Below, piece after piece: positions 1 to 9,700 of a stretch of 64,000 bases of DNA; within the stretch, counting starts at the first letter, position 1, and each line of letters begins with the position of its first letter. The notes beneath the pieces were generated by a model that saw nothing but the letters and a program-made list of their open reading frames with translations, had not been told where the DNA came from and ran no database searches. The stretch spans positions 21,073 to 85,072 of the forward strand of contig DAOTTQ010000060.1 of the NCBI GenBank assembly GCA_034437555.1, in the 5' to 3' direction. A program made the translations under genes and the position numbers. The stretch is from Anaerolineae bacterium. GTDB taxonomy: Bacteria; Chloroflexota; Anaerolineae; Aggregatilineales; Phototrophicaceae.

Positions 1-2
1 CA

Positions 3-2894
3 CGCTATACCTCTGGGCTGGCGTATGGCTATGGTGCGCCCCTCTTTAATTATTTTTCGCCCGTATCGTACTATCTGCCTGTTGGCTTACACCGTTTGGG
101 GCTGTCGTTTACGCATGCATGGCTAATGAGCCTGTGCCTTTATCTATTCGTTGGCGCGTGCGGTGCATATCGTTTGGGTCGATTGTGGGCAGGCGAAAAG
201 GGTGGATTTTTAGCTAGTGTCGGCTATCTATATGCGCCCTATTTGCTGTTTGATGCGGTTACTAGAGGCACAATCACTGAAGTGGCGGGACTAGCACTCT
301 TGCCCCATGTGCTTGCCTCACTCACGATGCTCGCGCGCGGTGTGGGTTTGCGCTCATGGGCGTTAGCCACACTCACTTTTGCGCTCTTTGTGCCACTGCA
401 CAATATCGTAACGCTTCATGGGAGCTTGTTGATAGGCGCATACAGCCTGTTTTTGGTTGCCCAAAGTGAGGCTCGCTTGCGCCTGTTGATAGCTCTTGCC
501 AGTGTTGGCGCAATAGGCTTGGCGATGAGCGCGTTCTTTTGGTTGCCCTCTTTGGCAGAAGCACAGTTTGTAAAAATCGAAGCCATCAGCGAAGCCTTGC
601 CCTTTTTGGATGTAACGCGCTACTTGCGCCCCCTCGGAGAGTCTTTAGTGCTACTGCATACTGCCGACAACAGCCGCTTGCAATTGCCTGTGCCAATTAC
701 GTTTAGCGTCTCACAAGTTGTTATCGCCTTATTGGGTGGCGTAGTGGCATTAATCGTTGGGCGTGGCAGGCGTTTACCCACGCTCTTTTGGGGTGTCGCT
801 GTCGGCGTAGTTGCCTTTATGACCCTTAGAGTTTCAAAGCCCGTATGGGAAATTGTGCCATTGTTGGACTATACACAGTACGCATGGCGTATTTTGGGCG
901 TTGGCAGTTTGGCATTGGCAATCGCTACTGCGCTAGGGGGCGTTGCCCTCATTCACAGGCTTGCCTCTAAAACGCGCCAGAACGCGCTTTACGCGCTTTT
1001 TCTGTTCGTGATAGGGCTATCTAGCATGGCGTGGCTTTTTCGTCCTTCTGTCATGCTTGTGGCAGATGGCATTACGGATGCCCAAGACTATGAGCGTTCT
1101 ACGGGTGAAGTGGCGTTGTCGTCCTTTAGCGAATATTTGCCCATTTGGAACGAATCACCCGAGGCACTCTTGCCCGATGGCTTGCAAGAGGCTTGGACAG
1201 CCTCGCCTATCGTGGCACGCCTAAAGCCCCAAGACGGGGTAACAGTACAAGCAGAATCTTGGGGGGGCTTGTGGGGTGATGTGCTCGTTCAAACCGATAA
1301 CCCTGTGCGCCTTGAGTTCCAATGGCTATACACCCCCAATTGGCAAGCCACCCTTGACGGACAAGCCCTAGACATTAGCCCCACTTCACCAGAGGGCTTT
1401 ATTGGCGTGGATGTGCCAGCAGGTACTCATGACTTGCGCGTCTTTTGGACAGAAACGCCCCTCGAAAATACCGCAAACCTGGTCAGCATGGTGGCGTTGC
1501 TGATGGTGCTTGCTGTGTGGGTTTATGCCGCGCTTAAGCCTATTACCCCCCTTGTTTCTAGCCTGCCAGAAAGCCCCGATGTGGGCGCACGCTTAGGGGC
1601 AATCAGTGTGGGGCTAGCGTTGGTCTTGCTTAAGGTGCTGGTGCTAGATAACACAGACACACCCTTTCACACCCAACGTTTTCAAGATGGCGTATTGCTC
1701 GGAGAGTCTCGCCCCATTAACGCCGATTTTGGGCGCGAAATTATCCTCTTGGCTAGTGGTTTACCCGAAAGCGTAAAATCGGGCGTGTGGATGCCTTTTA
1801 GCGCGTTCTATAGCCTTTCGTCAGGACGCTTAAGCCGTGACTACGCCGCATCCTATTCGCTTAAAGATTCTGATGGCAATTTGGTTGTGAATACGGGGCG
1901 GTTTCTCATTGGTGACTTGCCCACCACCGAATGGCGCGAAGGCTTTTATCTGCAAGATAACACGGGGCTAGAGTTACCTCACTTTTTGCCACCCGACGAA
2001 TACAGCTTAAGCGTGAACATCTTTGACCCTCAAACGCAAGAACAATTGAGTGTTATTAACGCGGTAGGCAATCCTGAGGGTGTTACTGCCTCTTTGGGTG
2101 TTATTCGCGTGGAACGCCCGGAAGCATCAAAGCCGTATGAGGGCAATGGCAACCCCATTTTTGCCGATTTGCCTCTCGTTCTTGACGACACAATAGGGCT
2201 TCCTGCCAGTGCAACTACAGGTGATGAACTAAACTTTAGCTGGGTATGGCACACCACTGAAGCCCTACAAGAAAGCTATCTTGCCCGTTTGGTTTGGGGG
2301 GATGGCACTACGGTTATGGCGCAAACCCCTTTTGTGCCACTGGCACGCTATGGCACAGAAAACTGGCAAATGGGTGATACATGGCGCGGTTATCATCGCT
2401 TGTATGTGCCTGCCGAACTAGAAGCAGGACGCTATCAAATCGGTGTTCAAGTGGCGGATGCGCGCCAAAACTACCCGCCCGTTTGGATACACTTCATGAC
2501 CATCGAAGCGCCGTCACGCACGTTTGAAGCACCATCCCCCCAATACCCATTGCAAAATGCCGTGTGGGAAAATGGCGTGCGCTTACTCGGTTACGATGTG
2601 ATTCCAGAGGGGCTTATGCTGTATTGGACAACCGATGCACCCGTCACAACTTCGCTAAGGCGGTTTGTGCATCGCGTTCAGGATGGGCAAATTTTGGCAC
2701 AAACGGACGGCATCCCTAAAGATTGGACGCGCCCAACGACAGGCTGGCAAGTGGGCGAAGTGTTAGAGGATGTTACGATAATTTTGTTACCAGAGGGCGC
2801 GAATGGGGCTTGGAGTGTGGGGCTTTATGACCCTATTACAGGGCAACGAATCCCCGTTGGTGATGGCGACACGCTGACCTTGCCCGACAACTAA
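3..2894 (+). CDS. Polytopic membrane protein with a large extracytoplasmic C-terminal domain (GT-C/YfhO-like glycosyltransferase candidate); 5' end cut by the window edge
   Basis: The frame is open from nt 3 (RYTSGLAYGYGAPLFNYFSPVSYYLPVGLHRLGLSF...), so the TTG at 96 in the ORF track is internal. Many hydrophobic helices fill the first ~330 aa, with one more at VSMVALLMVLAVWVYAAL. A hydrophilic W/Y/G-rich domain of ~430 aa follows. The family call rests on architecture only. Confidence 0.5.
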   Translation, partial: RYTSGLAYGYGAPLFNYFSPVSYYLPVGLHRLGLSFTHAWLMSLCLYLFVGACGAYRLGRLWAGEKGGFLASVGYLYAPYLLFDAVTRGTITEVAGLALLPHVLASLTMLARGVGLRSWALATLTFALFVPLHNIVTLHGSLLIGAYSLFLVAQSEARLRLLIALASVGAIGLAMSAFFWLPSLAEAQFVKIEAISEALPFLDVTRYLRPLGESLVLLHTADNSRLQLPVPITFSVSQVVIALLGGVVALIVGRGRRLPTLFWGVAVGVVAFMTLRVSKPVWEIVPLLDYTQYAWRILGVGSLALAIATALGGVALIHRLASKTRQNALYALFLFVIGLSSMAWLFRPSVMLVADGITDAQDYERSTGEVALSSFSEYLPIWNESPEALLPDGLQEAWTASPIVARLKPQDGVTVQAESWGGLWGDVLVQTDNPVRLEFQWLYTPNWQATLDGQALDISPTSPEGFIGVDVPAGTHDLRVFWTETPLENTANLVSMVALLMVLAVWVYAALKPITPLVSSLPESPDVGARLGAISVGLALVLLKVLVLDNTDTPFHTQRFQDGVLLGESRPINADFGREIILLASGLPESVKSGVWMPFSAFYSLSSGRLSRDYAASYSLKDSDGNLVVNTGRFLIGDLPTTEWREGFYLQDNTGLELPHFLPPDEYSLSVNIFDPQTQEQLSVINAVGNPEGVTASLGVIRVERPEASKPYEGNGNPIFADLPLVLDDTIGLPASATTGDELNFSWVWHTTEALQESYLARLVWGDGTTVMAQTPFVPLARYGTENWQMGDTWRGYHRLYVPAELEAGRYQIGVQVADARQNYPPVWIHFMTIEAPSRTFEAPSPQYPLQNAVWENGVRLLGYDVIPEGLMLYWTTDAPVTTSLRRFVHRVQDGQILAQTDGIPKDWTRPTTGWQVGEVLEDVTIILLPEGANGAWSVGLYDPITGQRIPVGDGDTLTLPDN

Positions 2895-2950
2895 AGCCTA
2901 TTTTGGGGTGACTGATAGTGACTTTACCTCAAAATCATCCCCAAAATACC

Positions 2951-2975
2951 CCGTATTGAAAAGTAAATAATACGG
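2951..2975. promoter_or_regulatory. Inverted repeat CCGTATT-N11-AATACGG upstream of parA, next to a TATAAT box (2996-3001)
   Basis: Read directly: ccgtattgaaaagtaaataatacgg. TATAAT lies 21 nt downstream and 43 nt upstream of the parA ATG. The operator/centromere role is speculative. Confidence 0.25.
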
Positions 2976-3043
2976 TAAAAATCCTTAAGTGGCGGTATAA
3001 TAAAGGCATTACTAAACATCGTCACAGTAGGGGTTTTAACGCG

Positions 3044-3838
3044 ATGAAAGTCATTACATTGTTGAACGAAAAGGGCGGCGTAGGAAAAACCACGCTGTCC
3101 ACACACATTGCCGCAGGCTTGGCATTGCGCGGTCGGCGTGTAGTGCTGGTGGATGCCGACCCGCAAGGGAACGCCACAACCGCCGTTGGGCTAGACAAAC
3201 AGCCCATGTTTTATGATTTGTGTGTGCGTAACGCCGAATGGAAAACGGCATTACGCCATATCCACCCACAGGTATACAGCCCGCCAAACTTCCAAACGAA
3301 GGGCAGCCTATATGTGGTAACAAGCAACGCAGAAACGCGCAATATTGCCAATAGCATCCGTAGCAATGCGCTCATTCGCCAACGCTTTCAAGAACTATCA
3401 TCTGCCGTAGATTATATCATCGTAGATACATCACCTACACCATCTTTGCTGCACGAAGCCATCACGCTTGCCAGCGATTACATTGTGATTCCCACCGATT
3501 GCGAAGCCTTTAGCGCACTAGAAGGCTTGCCCGATAGCATCGCACATACCAGCGTTGCCCGTGATGCCGCCGCCCAAATTGGGGTAAAAGTGGCGCATTT
3601 GCTGTGCATCATCCCCAATAAATTTAGACCACGCACCGTAGGACACAATGAAATTCTTAAACACCTTAAACAGCAGTACGGCGACCTGGTTTGGGAACCG
3701 CTTCAGCAAGCCATTATTTTTAGTGATGCCCAGCTTGTAGGGCAATTTTTGTACGGAGTTGCACCAGAATCAATTGCCACACGGCAAATGATGGACATGA
3801 TAGACCGCCTAGAACGAGAGGTAAAAGCCCGTGGGTAA
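3044..3838 (+). CDS. parA: ParA/Soj-family partition ATPase (orphan context)
   Basis: Deviant Walker A NEKGGVGKTT, then VLVDADPQGNAT and IIVDTSPTPS motifs. The 264-aa size is typical of small ParA proteins. The stop overlaps the next gene's start. Confidence 0.85.
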   Translation: MKVITLLNEKGGVGKTTLSTHIAAGLALRGRRVVLVDADPQGNATTAVGLDKQPMFYDLCVRNAEWKTALRHIHPQVYSPPNFQTKGSLYVVTSNAETRNIANSIRSNALIRQRFQELSSAVDYIIVDTSPTPSLLHEAITLASDYIVIPTDCEAFSALEGLPDSIAHTSVARDAAAQIGVKVAHLLCIIPNKFRPRTVGHNEILKHLKQQYGDLVWEPLQQAIIFSDAQLVGQFLYGVAPESIATRQMMDMIDRLEREVKARG

Positions 3839-4637
3839 GCAAAAAAGGCTTCAAGACAGCATCAACCAACGCACGCAAGGCTCTATGTACGATGCAAATA
3901 ATGACTTTCAGCTTGGCGATGACTTCTTAGAAGCCATACAATCGCCGGGGGGCGCACTGCAAGAAGAAAATGCCAAACTGCAAGAAGAAAACCAGCAATT
4001 GCTTTCGGCAAATGTAGCCATCCAAGAAGAAATGGTGCGCCTAAAGACCAACGTAGAAAACGCACTTGTACCCACAGGTGACGGTGCAATTCAGTTTGGG
4101 GCGTTCTTTCTTACGCGGCGCGGGATTCAATCTGCCGAAAAAGTGGATGTAAACGAATGGACTCGTTTGGGAAGCGTCCTGTTTCGCCTAGAGCAATCCA
4201 TTCAATGGCTAATTGGTGACTGGATTTTGTATGGGGAATATGCCTATGGCAAAACCTATGAACAAATTGCCCAAGAAACTGGCTACGAAAAGACCTCACT
4301 ATATCAGTATAAATATGTCTCCGAAAAAGTGGACTTTTCAATACGTATTGAAAACTTGTCCTTCGGGCATCATCAGCTGGTCGCAGGCAAAAGCAAGCAA
4401 GAGCAAGCCACTTGGCTGCAACGTGCCGAAACTGAGAAGTGGTCGGTGGCACGCCTCCGCGCCGAAATTAACGCCATGCCTAGCTTACCCGCGACTTTAC
4501 GCCCTCTAACAGATAAAGCCAATAAACTACGTTTTAGCCGTGTGTGGCGTGCGCTAGAAAGTGGCAAGCCCGTTAATGCCGATGACGTGCGCCTCTTGCG
4601 TGATTGGTTGAATCGGATAGAGGATACGATGGGGTAA
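3831..4637 (+). CDS. ParA partner protein with a disordered/coiled-coil N-terminus and a ParB-like HTH C-terminal domain; no ParB/Srx CTPase domain recognisable
   Basis: GTG 3831 lies 9 nt after GAGAGG and overlaps the parA stop by 8 nt. There is a heptad-like stretch LQEENAKLQEENQQLLSANVAIQEEMVRLKTNVENA. The HTH-like region is YEQIAQETGYEKTSLYQYKYV ... LSFGHHQLVAG ... WSVARLRAEI, which resembles the Spo0J/ParB central HTH (LSxGHARAL ... LSVRxLE). Confidence 0.5.
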   Translation: MGKQKRLQDSINQRTQGSMYDANNDFQLGDDFLEAIQSPGGALQEENAKLQEENQQLLSANVAIQEEMVRLKTNVENALVPTGDGAIQFGAFFLTRRGIQSAEKVDVNEWTRLGSVLFRLEQSIQWLIGDWILYGEYAYGKTYEQIAQETGYEKTSLYQYKYVSEKVDFSIRIENLSFGHHQLVAGKSKQEQATWLQRAETEKWSVARLRAEINAMPSLPATLRPLTDKANKLRFSRVWRALESGKPVNADDVRLLRDWLNRIEDTMG

Positions 4638-4758
4638 TGCCTGCCATCTCCCCTCTTGTATCAGGGGCTTTGTGGTGCAGACACACAAGCCCTAGATAAA
4701 GCTAGTTTTTACAAGTTTTATACAAGATAGGGCAGTTTGAGTGAATTTTATGGGGTAT

Positions 4759-4776
4759 GTGACAATATTCTGTCAC
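4759..4776. promoter_or_regulatory. Perfect palindrome GTGACA-N6-TGTCAC about 70 nt upstream of glpD
   Basis: Read directly: gtgacaatattctgtcac. It could be a glpD operator or a binding site for the ParB-like protein. No functional evidence. Confidence 0.3.
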
Positions 4777-4845
4777 TTATCATGACTAATAAGTAAGACT
4801 TATACGGGCGCTTTTGCCCGCTTATCTTGGAGAAGGAAGAAAAAC

Positions 4846-6537
4846 GTGAACAGAGAGCAATCATTACAAAACCTTCGTGAACACCCCAATATTGACGTTC
4901 TTGTTATTGGTGGGGGTGTAAACGGCATTGGTACGTTTCGTGATTTAGCGTTACAAGGGGTGCGCGTGGCATTGGTTGAGAAGGCTGACTTTTGCAGTGG
5001 TGCAAGCGCAGGTTCATCACACATGCTTCATGGTGGTATCCGCTATTTAGAGAACGGCGAGTTTCGTTTGGTGCGTGAAGCTCTCCATGAGCGTAACCTA
5101 CTTCTAAAGAACGCCCCCCACTATGCCAAGCCTCTGCCAACAACCATTCCGGTGTTTCGCTGGTTTTCGGGCTTATTCAACGCCCCCCTTAAGTTCTTGG
5201 GCATCCTAGAAAAACCTAGTGAACGTGGCGCAATTGTTATTAAATTGGGGCTGATGATGTACGACTGGTTTACAGGCGCACAGCAAACCATGCCCTTTCA
5301 TGACTTTAATATGAAATCTAAATCGCTTAAACGCTATCCCAGCATGAACAAGGACATTGTTTGCACTGCCACCTACTATGATGCTTATATGCCTTATCCA
5401 GAACGCTTGTGCATAGAAATGCTCAACGATGCTACCCACGCCTCGCCCCAAGCCGTTGCGCTTAATTATTGTGGTGTGGTAGAGGGTAATCGTGAGCATG
5501 TGGTTGTCGAAGATGCGCTAACAGGTGAACGCATTACCCTAAAGCCGAATGTCGTCATTAACGCCGCCGGTCCTTGGATTGACTTTGTAAACCGCGCTAT
5601 AGGGGCAGAAACGGGCTTCATTGGCGGGACTAAAGGCTCACACATCATCGTAGACCACCCCGAATTGCACACTGCAACAGGGGGCGCGGAAATCTTCTTT
5701 GAAAACGAAGACGGGCGCATTGTCCTTATTTTCCCCTATATGGGAAAGGTGATGATTGGCACAACCGATATTCGCATTGAAAACCCTGAGGACGCACGCT
5801 GTACTGATGATGAAGTGGCATACATGATTGACCTTGTAAAGCGTGTGTTCCCAACCATTCATGTAGGGACAGAACACATTGTCTTTAAGTTTACAGGCGT
5901 GCGCCCATTACCCTCTACTAAAGACAATCGTACAGGCGCAATTAGCCGTGACCACAGCATTAGCACCCTAGAAGCCGGCGCACACTTTGATTACCCCGTT
6001 CATTCGCTCATTGGGGGCAAGTGGACAACGTTTAGGGCGTTTAGCGAGCAAGCCGCTGATATTTCCTTAATAAACATTAATAAATCTCGCAAAGTAGATA
6101 CTAGTGGGCTAAGCATTGGTGGGGGGCGAGATTATCCTAAAACCAGCGACCAACAACAGGTTTGGCTAGACCGCCTACAAAGCGAGACCGAACTAGAGCG
6201 CACACACTTGTTAATGCTTTTTGAGCGTTATGGCACACACGCCGAAGCTGTCGCCAAGTTTATGAGTGCAGGCAATGATGCACCCCTTAAAAACTTGCCT
6301 CATTACACCAAGCGCGAAATTATCTTCTTGGCACAAACAGAAGCCATTGTCCATATTGACGACTTTTTGCTACGGCGTTCATTGGTAGCTATGCTTGGTC
6401 AAGCTAAAGAGGGCGTTATGGATGAAGTGGGGCAAGCCTTATCAGAAGGGTTAGGCTGGACACCCGAACAGCAAGCGAGTGAAATTCAACATGCCAAAGC
6501 CGTCCTTAAAGAACGTCACGATGTATTGCTTGCATAA
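4846..6537 (+). CDS. glpD: FAD-dependent glycerol-3-phosphate dehydrogenase/oxidase
   Basis: N-terminal dinucleotide fold DVLVIGGGVNGIGTFRDLALQG and the SSHMLHGGIRYLE motif typical of GlpD/GlpO. The 563 aa include a C-terminal helical domain. The GTG start is preceded by GGAGAAGGAAG. Confidence 0.85.
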   Translation: MNREQSLQNLREHPNIDVLVIGGGVNGIGTFRDLALQGVRVALVEKADFCSGASAGSSHMLHGGIRYLENGEFRLVREALHERNLLLKNAPHYAKPLPTTIPVFRWFSGLFNAPLKFLGILEKPSERGAIVIKLGLMMYDWFTGAQQTMPFHDFNMKSKSLKRYPSMNKDIVCTATYYDAYMPYPERLCIEMLNDATHASPQAVALNYCGVVEGNREHVVVEDALTGERITLKPNVVINAAGPWIDFVNRAIGAETGFIGGTKGSHIIVDHPELHTATGGAEIFFENEDGRIVLIFPYMGKVMIGTTDIRIENPEDARCTDDEVAYMIDLVKRVFPTIHVGTEHIVFKFTGVRPLPSTKDNRTGAISRDHSISTLEAGAHFDYPVHSLIGGKWTTFRAFSEQAADISLININKSRKVDTSGLSIGGGRDYPKTSDQQQVWLDRLQSETELERTHLLMLFERYGTHAEAVAKFMSAGNDAPLKNLPHYTKREIIFLAQTEAIVHIDDFLLRRSLVAMLGQAKEGVMDEVGQALSEGLGWTPEQQASEIQHAKAVLKERHDVLLA

Positions 6538-6552
6538 AGTAAATTAACACTT

Positions 6553-6578
6553 GGGGACAAACACCACACTTTGTCCCC
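6553..6578 (+). terminator. Hairpin after glpD (9-bp stem GGGGACAAA/TTTGTCCCC, 8-nt loop)
   Basis: Read directly. There is no immediately adjacent U-tract; a T-run lies ~20 nt further on. Confidence 0.4.
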
Positions 6579-6719
6579 TGCTATTCCTCACTAAAACCCC
6601 TTTTTTTGCCCTATTTTCTTACCCCAGTTAGGAATGTCTAACAAACCTTAATTCTTCTCAGATTACATTAAGCTATACAATGAGTTTAATGTTGTCTCAA
6701 TTATTAAACGGGGTGAGGC

Positions 6720-9700
6720 ATGAATGCTTTACTACAATACTTCCAGTCAAGTTTACAACGCCAACTGTTGCTATTTCTTGTGCCGTTAGTGGTTATACCT
6801 ACAGTGCTAGTTGCAGTTATTCTAGGAACACAGTCCTTTAATGCGTCTTTGGAAACACTCAGAGAGGCAGAAGTGACGGAATTGAACCTTGATGTGTCTC
6901 GATTGAATGATGCTCTAGGCGTTCTTGTAAGTGACTTTCAATTCCTTAAAGACAGCCCTAACGTTACCAACTTTGCGCAAGCTGTTTCTGGAGGGGATGT
7001 CCTACAAGTTGCCGCAGCAAAAACAGATTTACAAAACCTTTATTTTTCCATGATGGTATCTAAGCCTGCCTATATCCAATTACGCTTTATCGACCTGCTA
7101 GGCAATGAACTTGTTCGCGTAGACAAAGACTTAGCTACGGGTAAGCCCTTCATCATAGTAGAACGTGATTTGCAAAATAAAGCCGATCGCGGGTATTTTA
7201 CAAGCACCATTTCTTTGCCCGAAGGTGAAATTTATGTTTCGCCTCTTGACCTTAATCGTGAAGGCACACCCCCAACGATTTCCGTTTTGGAAGATGGCAG
7301 TATTGTTCCAACCTTGCGCTACGCCACGCCTATTTTTACGACCAATACCGCAGGGCAACGTGAGCGTGCAGGGATGTTAATTACAAATGTGGACATCTCT
7401 GGAATTCTTGCTGATCTTGCCCCCAGTAACGAAGGTAACTATGCGTTCTTGGTGAATGGTGATGGCTACTTCTTGTATCACTCTGCTTCACCAGAAATCA
7501 CCTTTGGCTTTGAATCGGGCATTGAAGCCGTAGGGAATACCCCAAACACGCTCATTTCTGATGTCTTGCCTTTAACTGTGCAGGATTCTTCTTTCGAATT
7601 AGAAACCCAAGAAACAGAAAACGCGCAACTCTTGAATTATGTGCGTTATACCCCGCCCAGCGCGCCCGACAATTATTATTGGATGTTGGGTATTGCTAGT
7701 GATCAAAACCTGCTTCTTACGCCAGTTCGCAACACGGCATTTGCTACTACAGCAGGTGTAATCGTTTTGGGTCTTATCAGTGCGTTCGCTGTGTTGGTTA
7801 TCTCGCGTCAAATTACATCCCCACTGCTTAAACTTAGCAACCAAGCGGATTCCCTTGCTAAAGGACAATTTGATGTATTCTCTGACCTAGACGAAGAAGC
7901 ACGCCGTAAAGATGAACTAGGAACACTTGGACGAGCCTTTCAGGGCATGTCTTTACAACTACGTGAACTGCTGACAACACTAGAGCAACGGGTACAGGCG
8001 CGTACTGCTGACCTTGCAACTTCGGCAGAAATTGCTAGTGCCGCTAACCAAATTCGTGAACTAGACGACCTGATTAGCCTAACGGTGAACCTTGTCCGTG
8101 ACCGCTTTAACTTCTACTACGTTCAGGTCTATCTTATAAACGATGAAAAAACCCATGCTGTCCTTAAAGACGGTACAGGATATGTAGGACGACGACTTTT
8201 AAGCCAAGATCACCAATTGCCATTAGAGGGTCGTTCTTTGGTTTCTACAGCCATCCGCGAAAAGAATCAAGTGCTGGTAAAAGATACCAAAACAGATTCT
8301 CGCTTTCTCTCTAATGCGTTGTTGCCCGACACTCGCTCCGAACTAGTTGTTCCTTTGGTGGTGAGTGGTGTGGTGATTGGCGCGCTAGACATTCAGCACA
8401 GCGAATCTAACGCCTTTGAAGAAACTGAAACAACACTCTTTGCAACGCTTGCCGACCAGCTTGCCGTTACTTTTGACAACGTGAACCTTATCGAAACTTT
8501 GGCACACACTAAAGATGTGCTACAAGCCAGTACAGCCCGTATGAGCGCGATTACGCGCAATTTCCCCAACGGTGCTATTGTGATGTACGACCATGATTTC
8601 CGTTATCTCTTGGTAGATGGCGCGGGTCTTGCAGAAGCGGGCTTAAATAAAGAGGCAATGGAAGGCAAGACGCTTGACGAAGTATTCCCGCCAGAAACAG
8701 CAACTATTGTTAAAGCTGCTTATCAACGCGCCCTTAACGGCGATGAGGTCACAGAGGTTATTCCTTTTGGCGACCTTATTTACCAAACAATATCGCTTCC
8801 TGTGCGTGATGAAAATGATAACATCATTGCTGCTATGACGATCACACAAAACATCACAGAGCGTGTTCGTAGCGAAGAAACCATCAAACGTCGTGCGGTA
8901 CAGCTAGAAACAGTGGCAGCCGTGAGCGCACAAGCCAGCACAAACCTTGATGTTCCAACCCTCCTAAACACGGTCTCTACGCTAACCAAAGAACGCTTTG
9001 GACTGTACCATGCGCACATCTATTTGCTAGATAACGCCGAAAAGACCCTTGTCCTAAGTGGTGGTGCAGGCATGGCAGGGATGGAAATGGTGGCACGCAA
9101 GCATCATATCCCGCTTAGTCGTGAACACAGTTTGGTGGCACGCACTGCCCGTTCTTTGCAGGCGACAATCTCTAATGACATATCACAAGAACCCGACTTC
9201 TTATCCAATCCTTTGCTACCCGACACGCAATCAGAAATGGCTTTGCCCATGATTGTGGCGGGTGAGTTGGTAGGTGTGATGGACGTACAATCCGACCAAC
9301 TGGGGCGGTTTGATGAGGAGGACGTAATTACCTATGCCACGCTGGCTTCACAGGTGGCAGTCGCCGTAAAGAACGCACGTTTGTTTAAGGATATTTCTGA
9401 CATTCGTTCAGCGATTGATGAACACTCGATTGTGGCTATTACCGACCAAACAGGCAAAATTACTTACGCCAACCAGAAGTTTAGCGACATCTCCAAGTTC
9501 CCACTAGAAGAAGTGATCGGGCAAGACCACAGAATCATCAATTCGGGCTACCACAGCAAAGAGTTTATTCGTGACATCTGGGTAACGATTGCGAACGGGA
9601 AAACTTGGAAGGGGCAGATTAAGAACAAAGCCAAAGGCGGATCTTTCTACTGGGTAGATACCACCATCGTGCCATTCTTAAGTGATGATGGAAAACCGTA

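Noticed and set aside
96-2894. The TTG at 96 as the start of the first gene
   Set aside because: The same frame is open back to nt 3 and encodes membrane-protein-like sequence. The gene is therefore truncated by the window edge, not started at 96.
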